The notes below the pieces were generated by a model. That model saw nothing but the letters and a program-made list of their open reading frames with translations, searched no databases and was not told where the DNA came from. The translations under genes and the position numbers were made by a program. Below, one piece after another: positions 57,885 to 64,000 of a DNA stretch of 64,000 bases. The DNA is from Janthinobacterium lividum (GTDB lineage: Bacteria > Pseudomonadota > Alphaproteobacteria > Sphingomonadales > Sphingomonadaceae): NCBI GenBank assembly GCA_050955125.1, contig JBPBQW010000110.1, forward strand, positions 1,441 to 65,440, written 5' to 3'. Within the stretch, counting starts at the first letter, position 1. Each line of letters starts with the position of its first letter.

Positions 57885-60545
57885 ATGCGCCTTGGATCAA
57901 CTCTTCGCCGCCAGCTGCTGCTCGGCTGCGTCCTGCTGCCGCTCGGCGGCGCATCGGCGTTCGCGCAGACCGCGCCCGCCCCGCAAGCCACTCCCGACAC
58001 GTCGCGCGGCGACGCCAGCGCCGTGACCAGCGACGCCACCGCCCAGAGCGGCGCGTCGACGACCGCCGCGGTGGACAGCGCACAGGCCGACTCGGCAGGC
58101 ATCGGCGACATCATCGTGACCGCGACCCGGCGCGAGTCGAACCTCCAGTCGACGCCGATCTCGATCAGCGTCCTCAACACCCAGGCGCTCGAGGATCGCC
58201 ACGTCCTCAGCCTGTTCAACCTCGCCGATGGCACGGTGCCGTCGCTTCGCGTCGCGACGTTCGAGGCACGCCAGTCCGCGCTGACGATCGGCATCCGCGG
58301 CATTGTCCCCTACGACCAGAACCAGACCGCGCGCGACAACGGCGTCAGCGTCTACATCGACGGCGTCGCGCTCGGGAAGACGCAAGGGCTCAACGCCGCG
58401 CTGTTCGACATCGAGCGGATCGAAGTCCTCAAGGGCCCGCAGGGTACGTTGTTCGGCCGCAACACCGAAGGCGGCGCGTTGAGCCTCGTCACCCGTGCGC
58501 CGAGCGGCGAGTTCGACGGTCGCCTCACCGCCGGCGTCGGCAATTTCGGCAGCCGCAACACCGACCTGCACCTCGACCTGCCGACCTTCTACAACATTTC
58601 GCTCAAGTTCGACGGCGTGTACCAGCATCAGGACCCCACGGTAAAGGACCCGCTCTCGGGCTCCACCGGCTGGAATTATTACGACCGCAAGGGAGGCCGC
58701 GTCGCCGCGCGGTGGCAGCCCGTCGAGGGCCTGACCGCCGACTTCGCGTATGATTACGCCAAGGACGACAACACGCCCAACTACAGCCAGCTGCTCAACT
58801 ACGACCCGCGCGGCTACAACGTCGGCTATTTCGCCGGAACGACGGGCGCGGTCGGGACGACGGGCACCACCCTGTCCTTCGCGGGCAGGCCCTGTAACTC
58901 TGCCGCCGGCACCGCCAATATCTGCGTCGCGCCCAAGGCGCCGCTGGTCGGCGTCCATGCCCAGCGCCAGTACGTCGCCGACGTCGGTGTGCCGCAGCAG
59001 CCGAGCGTGGACATCACGCACGGCTTCTCGGCCAATCTCAAGTACAAGCTGGCGCCCTGGATCGAGCTGCGCTCGATCACCGCCTGGCGCGGCGTCAGCA
59101 CCGACCAGTGGGACAATTCGGGCGGGCCGGAGCGGTCGACCTTCGCACCCAATGCGAACTTCAGCCGCTACAGCCTGTCGTACCTGCGCCAGCATCAGTT
59201 CAGCCAGGAGTTCCAGGCGGTCGGCAGCGTCCCGCACTTCGACTATGTCGTGGGTGCCTATTACTACACCGAGCAGGCGTCGGAATATGCCGCCACCCCG
59301 CTCAGCAACCTGTGGAACGCGGACGGCACCGCCTACACGATCCGCAGCCCGATCGTGACGGGGGCGGTCACGGGCGCGAACTCGGGATATCAGCAGTTCA
59401 ACTCGTCCTGCCTGAACAACCTGGCCTCCACGCAGCCACAGTTCGCCAACAGCTGTCAGTTCATCACCCGCGACAGCGCCGCAGCCGACCATAACTATTC
59501 GGTCTTCGGCAACCTGACGTACACGCCGGCCGGGCTCGAGTTCGCGCATCTGACCCTCGGTGGCCGCTACACCAAGGACAAGCGCCACGGCGACCTGTTC
59601 ATCATCAACAACCGGACCGACCTCAACCCGATCACGGCCGTGCCCAACAGCGTGCAGACGCCATTCACCTTCGCCAACGAGGTCAACCGGTTCGACCCGA
59701 TGGTGAACCTCGCGATCGATGCGACGCAGGACATTCACCTGTATGCAAAGTATTCGACCGGCTTCCGTGCCGGCGGTGCGGATGACCGTTCGAGCATCTT
59801 CCGCTCGTTCGGCCCCGAATCGGTCAAGTCGTACGAGATCGGCGCGAAGATGGACTTTTTCGACCACAAGGCTCGCCTGAACCTGGCCGGCTACATCATG
59901 AACCGCTCGAACACGCAGTTCGACTTCGATCAGTACGACACCAACGCACTCAGCCCGACCAACGGCAGCCATCTGGAAGAAGCGATCAACGCCGGCACCA
60001 GCCACATCCGCGGCGTGGAGGCGGACCTGACGATCAAGCCGACCCGCGAGCTGACGCTCACCGGCTCCTATGCCTACACCTATTGGGACGCGCCGAGCGC
60101 GGTGAACCCGATCACCGGCGGGCTGCCGCAGCAGCTGTACATCGTCTACACGCCGCGCAACGCCGCGTCGGCAGCGCTCGACTATGTCCTGCCGATCGCG
60201 ATCGCCGGGTCGAACCTCCGCCTGCACGTCGACGGCGCCTATGCCAGCAGCCAGTACAGCTTCGAGCTGGAGCCGACGAAGACCGACGCCAGCCTGATCT
60301 TCAACGGTCGCCTGGCGCTGGCCGACATCGCCGTGACCGATCATAACAAGGTCACCGTGTCGGTCTGGAGCCGCAATCTGTTCAACTCGACCTACATCTA
60401 CCGCCGGTCGGACGCGAACTCGTCGCCGGTGTACAACTACAGTGGCACGACCCTGGTCTCGACCAGCTACGGCGGCATCCTGGGCGACTACGGCAATCTG
60501 AACCCGCCGCGGACCTGGGGCCTGGAACTCTCGACGAAGTTCTGA
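57885..60545 (+). CDS. TonB-dependent receptor
   Basis: Signal peptide, TonB-box/plug region (DIIVTATRRESNLQSTPISISVL) and a barrel ending in WGLELSTKF. Confidence 0.9.
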   Translation: MRLGSTLRRQLLLGCVLLPLGGASAFAQTAPAPQATPDTSRGDASAVTSDATAQSGASTTAAVDSAQADSAGIGDIIVTATRRESNLQSTPISISVLNTQALEDRHVLSLFNLADGTVPSLRVATFEARQSALTIGIRGIVPYDQNQTARDNGVSVYIDGVALGKTQGLNAALFDIERIEVLKGPQGTLFGRNTEGGALSLVTRAPSGEFDGRLTAGVGNFGSRNTDLHLDLPTFYNISLKFDGVYQHQDPTVKDPLSGSTGWNYYDRKGGRVAARWQPVEGLTADFAYDYAKDDNTPNYSQLLNYDPRGYNVGYFAGTTGAVGTTGTTLSFAGRPCNSAAGTANICVAPKAPLVGVHAQRQYVADVGVPQQPSVDITHGFSANLKYKLAPWIELRSITAWRGVSTDQWDNSGGPERSTFAPNANFSRYSLSYLRQHQFSQEFQAVGSVPHFDYVVGAYYYTEQASEYAATPLSNLWNADGTAYTIRSPIVTGAVTGANSGYQQFNSSCLNNLASTQPQFANSCQFITRDSAAADHNYSVFGNLTYTPAGLEFAHLTLGGRYTKDKRHGDLFIINNRTDLNPITAVPNSVQTPFTFANEVNRFDPMVNLAIDATQDIHLYAKYSTGFRAGGADDRSSIFRSFGPESVKSYEIGAKMDFFDHKARLNLAGYIMNRSNTQFDFDQYDTNALSPTNGSHLEEAINAGTSHIRGVEADLTIKPTRELTLTGSYAYTYWDAPSAVNPITGGLPQQLYIVYTPRNAASAALDYVLPIAIAGSNLRLHVDGAYASSQYSFELEPTKTDASLIFNGRLALADIAVTDHNKVTVSVWSRNLFNSTYIYRRSDANSSPVYNYSGTTLVSTSYGGILGDYGNLNPPRTWGLELSTKF

Positions 60546-60600
60546 CCGCCATCCCCGTCATCGTGCTAGGCCCGGCACGATGGCGGGGAAGGACCGACGA

Positions 60601-61977
60601 ATGACGACGAGCCGGCGGATGATCCTGGGCGGCGCTGTGGCGGCCGGTCTCGCGGCCCGCCTGCCGGCCGCCGACCGCGACGACTGGCATGCGCTCGGCG
60701 ACGCCGTGAAGGCCGAGATGGCCTGGGCGTGGGACCACTATCGCGCGATCGCCTGGGGCAAGGACGAGATCCGCCCGATCAGCGGTACCGTATCGTCCTT
60801 TCCACTCAAGGGCCATCACCTGGGCCTCAGCCTCGTCGAGGCGCTCGACACCTTGTGGGTCATGGGGCTCGACGACCGGTTCCGCGCCGGCGTCGACTGG
60901 GTGAAGACCAGCCTCGATTTCGACGTCGACGGCGAGGTGTCGGTGTTCGAGACGTCGATCCGCCTCGTCGGTGGCCTGCTGTCGGCGCATCATGCCAGCG
61001 GCGACCCGGCGCTGCTCGTCAAGGCGCGCGACTTGGCGGACCGGCTGCTGCCCGCGTTCGCGACGCCGACGGGGATGCCGATGCGCTTCGTCAACCTGCG
61101 CACCGGCGCGGTCCGCGACGCAGTCACCAACCCGGCGGAGATCGGCGGCTATCTGCCCGAATGGGGCACGCTCAGCCGGCTGACCGGCGACCCACGCTAC
61201 CACGACGCCGCCCGCCGCGCCGTGATCGCGGTGTTCGAGCGACGCTCGACCCTCGACCTTCTGGCGGTGAAGATCGATGCGACCACCGGCCGCTGGCTTG
61301 ACCGGCGCGCGACCGTCGGCTCCTATGCGGACAGCTACTACGAATATCTATGGGACGCGTGGCAGCTGCTCGGCAATGCCGAATGCCGGCGGATGTACGA
61401 CACCTGCACCCGCGCCATCCTTGCGCACCAGCAGGTCCGCTACGACGGTCGGCTGTGGATCGCCGACGTGGATTTCGAGACGGGTGCGATCGTCTCGACG
61501 CGGCAGGATGAGCTCGCCGCCTTTTACGGCGGACTGCTGGCGCAAGGCGGCGCGCGCGCGACGGGCAGGGCAGTAACGCAGGCGTGGATCGGCGTGCAGG
61601 ATCGGTTCGGCATCCTGCCCGAGGAATACGATTACGCCACCCACGAGCCGACGCAGCGAGGCAATGCGTTGCGCCCCGAGCTGGCAGATGCGGCGTTCAA
61701 CCTGTGGCTGCTCGATCGCGACCCGCGCTGGCGCGCCGTCGGCCGCGACCATTTCCTCGCCATGCGACGCTGGAACAAGGCGCCGCTGGGCTACACCGAC
61801 CTCGCCGACGTGACGAGCGATCCCAAGCGGCAGGCGGATCACTGTCCGGGCTATTGGTGGTCCGAGCAGATGAAATATTACTATCTGCTGTTCTCCGACA
61901 CGCCGCGGTTCGATTACGCCCGCAACTACCTGACGACCGAAGGGAACGTGCTGCTGGGATTTCGGCGCGGCGCTTAA
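60601..61977 (+). CDS. glycoside hydrolase family 47 (class I alpha-1,2-mannosidase-like), Tat-signal
   Basis: GH47 blocks present: VFETSIRLVGGLLSAH, EWGTLSRLTGDPRY, DSYYEYLWDAW, LRPELADAAFNLW, WWSEQMKYYYLLFSD. The N-terminus is a twin-arginine signal, MTTSRRMILGGAVAAG. GGAAGGA lies upstream of 60601, and the ORF track starts at 60580. Confidence 0.9.
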   Translation: MTTSRRMILGGAVAAGLAARLPAADRDDWHALGDAVKAEMAWAWDHYRAIAWGKDEIRPISGTVSSFPLKGHHLGLSLVEALDTLWVMGLDDRFRAGVDWVKTSLDFDVDGEVSVFETSIRLVGGLLSAHHASGDPALLVKARDLADRLLPAFATPTGMPMRFVNLRTGAVRDAVTNPAEIGGYLPEWGTLSRLTGDPRYHDAARRAVIAVFERRSTLDLLAVKIDATTGRWLDRRATVGSYADSYYEYLWDAWQLLGNAECRRMYDTCTRAILAHQQVRYDGRLWIADVDFETGAIVSTRQDELAAFYGGLLAQGGARATGRAVTQAWIGVQDRFGILPEEYDYATHEPTQRGNALRPELADAAFNLWLLDRDPRWRAVGRDHFLAMRRWNKAPLGYTDLADVTSDPKRQADHCPGYWWSEQMKYYYLLFSDTPRFDYARNYLTTEGNVLLGFRRGA

Positions 61978-62012
61978 CGATCCGTTCGTCAGCCGCGTGG
62001 CAGGGCGGCACG

Positions 62013-62366
62013 ATGAAGCCCGCGCTCCGCCACGCCTTTGGCACACCACCCGCCAGCGGCCACCGGCTTGAGGAGCGGGTGACCACCGACTGCGCCGCGA
62101 CACTCCACGCCGATGCCGCCGACCCGCGCGCGGTGCGGATGGCCGACCTGACGCCGCGCGGTTGCCGCCTCGTCATCGAGAGCGATCTGGCCGTCGCGAC
62201 CCACGTCAGCCTGATGCTCGACGGCGCCGCGCTCATCAGCGGCCGGGTCGCGTGGAACGACGGCGAAGGCTTGGGCATCGATTTCTGCGCGCCGTTGCTG
62301 CCCCGGATCGTCGACCGGCTGAGCGCCGCCGTACGCGCCACCCGACGGCAAGCGTCACGGTGGTGA
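62013..62366 (+). CDS. PilZ domain protein
   Basis: Contains RLEER (RxxxR) and DLTPRGCRL (D-x-S/T-x-x-G), followed by GRVAWNDGEGLGIDF. I chose the internal ATG of ORF 61584..62366. Confidence 0.7.
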   Translation: MKPALRHAFGTPPASGHRLEERVTTDCAATLHADAADPRAVRMADLTPRGCRLVIESDLAVATHVSLMLDGAALISGRVAWNDGEGLGIDFCAPLLPRIVDRLSAAVRATRRQASRW

Positions 62367-62437
62367 CCCCGGCGCGATTCGAACGCGCGGCCCTCAGATT
62401 AGGAATCTGATGCTCTATCCGGCTGAGCTACGGGGTC
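62361..62437 (-). tRNA. tRNA-Arg (CCU)
   Basis: The reverse complement is GACCCCGTAGCTCAGCCGGATAGAGCATCAGATTCCTAATCTGAGGGCCGCGCGTTCGAATCGCGCCGGGGTCACCA. It forms a full cloverleaf with CCA encoded. Confidence 0.93.
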
Positions 62438-62499
62438 CCACCGGTATTCTACTCAGCCGCCGCGGACCCGTCCAGCGCCCGCGCGTTTACCGGCGCGCG

Positions 62500-62931
62500 T
62501 CAGTTGCTCTGCTCGGGCGGTGTGACGGGCAGTGGCAAGGGCGCGATCGGCACGCCCTCCTCCACCAGCGACCGGGTCTCCGCCAGCGTTGCCTGGCCGT
62601 GGATCGTTGCGTGCGGCTCCGTGCCCTCGTGCATCGCGCGGGCGCGGTCGGCGAAGCGCTTGCCGACCCAAGTCGACTTTCTGAGTGCCTTCGCCTGTGC
62701 AGCCGCCAAAGCAGCGAGCGCCGCCTTCGCCCTTCCGGCCTCCGCCGTCGTCGGCCCGGCGTTCGCCTTGGTGGCCAGGCGCGGTGCCATCACGGCCTTC
62801 ACAACGTCGTGCCGGTCGCAGATCGGACAGGAGACGAGCGCGCGCGCGACCTGATCCTCATAGGCGGCGCTCGACCCGAACCAAGCCTCGAAGACGTGGC
62901 CACCGCCGCATCGGAGATCGAAGACGATCAC
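62500..62931 (-). CDS. DUF1178 family zinc-ribbon-like protein
   Basis: VIVFDLRCGGGHVFEAWFGSSAAYEDQ...LVSCPICD. The GTG start lies at 62931, inside ORF 62500..63105. Confidence 0.8.
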   Translation of the reverse strand: MIVFDLRCGGGHVFEAWFGSSAAYEDQVARALVSCPICDRHDVVKAVMAPRLATKANAGPTTAEAGRAKAALAALAAAQAKALRKSTWVGKRFADRARAMHEGTEPHATIHGQATLAETRSLVEEGVPIAPLPLPVTPPEQSN

Positions 62932-62938
62932 GCCCGCC

Positions 62939-63778
62939 TCACGCCCGGTCGACCGGCGGGATCGGCCGGCGATGCGCCGCGACCGGGATACGCGTCCGCG
63001 CGTCCGCGACCAGCGCGCGGTCGATCTCGACGATGCCCAGTCCCGGCGTCTCGCCCATGTCGAGCAGCACGCGGCCCCAAGGATCGACGCCCAGCGAGTG
63101 ACCATAGGTCGCTCGTCCGTCCGCGTGCTCGCCGGTCTGCGCCGCCGCGAGGACGAAGGCGCCCGTTTCGATCGCCCGCGCGCGCATCAACACGTGCCAG
63201 TGTGCGGCACCGGTCGGACGCGTGAACGCCGCCGGGATCGACAGCAGCTCCGCCCCCGCCTCGGCCAGCGCGCGGTACAGGTCGGCGAAGCGGAGGTCGT
63301 AGCAGATCGACAGGCCTAGCCGGCCCAGCGGCGTGTCGACCACTATCGCCGCCTCGCCCGGCGCGTAGGTCGCCGACTCGCGCCACCGCTCGCCGGTCGG
63401 CAGATCGACGTCGAACAGATGCAGCTTGTCGTACCGCGCCCGGATCGCGCCGGTGTCGTCGATCACGAAACCGCGATTGGCGTACCGGCCGTCGGGTCGC
63501 CTGATTGCCAGCGAACCGAGGTGGATCCAGATCCCGTGTCTTGCCGCTGCGTCGCGGATCGCGGACAGCACCCGGTCTTCATCCTCCGCGACGATGCACG
63601 CGCCGGCGCGTGAGCGATCACGGTCGAGCAGCCCCGACATCTCGGGCGTGAGCAGCATCGGTGCGCCCGCCACTGCCGCGCGTTCGATCGCGTCGATCAG
63701 GGTCGCGGCATTGGCGAGGGGATCGATGCCGGCCGTCATCTGAAGCACCGCCGCCCGCGCCGGACGCGCGCCGCTCAC
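62939..63778 (-). CDS. carbon-nitrogen hydrolase (nitrilase superfamily, Nit-like)
   Basis: Contains PEM (Glu), YDKLHLFD (Lys) and LGLSICYDLRF (Cys), the catalytic triad context. Confidence 0.9.
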   Translation of the reverse strand: MSGARPARAAVLQMTAGIDPLANAATLIDAIERAAVAGAPMLLTPEMSGLLDRDRSRAGACIVAEDEDRVLSAIRDAAARHGIWIHLGSLAIRRPDGRYANRGFVIDDTGAIRARYDKLHLFDVDLPTGERWRESATYAPGEAAIVVDTPLGRLGLSICYDLRFADLYRALAEAGAELLSIPAAFTRPTGAAHWHVLMRARAIETGAFVLAAAQTGEHADGRATYGHSLGVDPWGRVLLDMGETPGLGIVEIDRALVADARTRIPVAAHRRPIPPVDRA

Positions 63779-63802
63779 GCCCGACCTGTCATGCTACGTC
63801 GG

Positions 63803-64000
63803 TCATGCCAGGAGCGCGTCGAGCTCTCCCGCGCGATCGAGGGCGGCCAGGTCGTCGAACCCGCCGACGTGACGCTCGCCGATGAAGATCTGCGGCACGG
63901 TCGTCCGGCCCGGCGCGCGCGCCAGCATCTCGGCACGGCGCGGCCCGCCCATCGTGATGTCGATCTCCTCCACCTCGACTCCCTTGTCGGCCAGCAGCCG
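63803..64000 (-). CDS. grxC: glutaredoxin 3, 5'-truncated by the window edge
   Basis: The C-terminal part reads TVPQIFIGERHVGGFDDLAALDRAGELDALLA. The active-site CPYC lies outside the window. Confidence 0.85.
   Translation of the reverse strand, partial: RLLADKGVEVEEIDITMGGPRRAEMLARAPGRTTVPQIFIGERHVGGFDDLAALDRAGELDALLA

Noticed and set aside
57897-60344. 815-aa minus-strand ORF
   Set aside because: It is antisense to the second TonB-dependent receptor, which has a signal peptide, a plug and a terminal aromatic residue.

Overview
This is a very GC-rich, densely coding 64-kb chromosomal segment. The protein families suggest an alphaproteobacterium, probably Sphingomonadales-like; this is inference with no database search. 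I support about 60 protein-coding genes and 2 tRNAs: tRNA-Met/Ile2 (CAU) near 210-285 and tRNA-Arg (CCU) at 62361-62437. I found no rRNA, CRISPR array, transposase, integrase or phage structural gene. Most of the window is housekeeping: gyrA, trmFO, pdhAB, cysK, hisI, acs, tamAB, purF, korAB, rppH and grxC. Accessory-looking patches are listed here. (1) 13.7-17.1 kb holds an orphan TadG(vWA)-TadE-TadE trio. (2) 37.5-38.7 kb holds an S24/LexA-like repressor facing two small unknown ORFs across a perfect palindrome, with no prophage around it. (3) 38.8-43.6 kb holds exopolysaccharide-type genes: a GT4, an O-antigen-ligase-like protein, an acyltransferase, an unknown membrane protein and a tiny upstream ORF. 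(4) Two paralogous HTH-like proteins (44345-44785 and 53396-53824) share an upstream motif and look leaderless. (5) 47.1-50.0 kb holds a small-ORF/photolyase/cfa operon whose photolyase appears to need a CTG start. (6) 57.9-62.4 kb holds a TonB-dependent receptor, a GH47 alpha-mannosidase and a PilZ protein. Non-coding structure includes three bidirectional terminator hairpins, a REP/BIME-like inverted hairpin pair with compensatory changes, a 55-nt imperfect palindrome, two G/C-tract tandem repeats and a heptamer repeat between convergent stop codons. Because stop codons are rare at this GC content, the ORF track contains many long spurious antisense or alternative-frame ORFs. I chose frames by recognisable family motifs, third-position G/C bias read by eye, RBS placement and translational-coupling overlaps. 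Coordinates of non-ORF features were counted by hand and may be off by 1-2 nt. I could not confirm any single exciting novel system. The best candidates for unexplored biology are items 2, 4 and 5.
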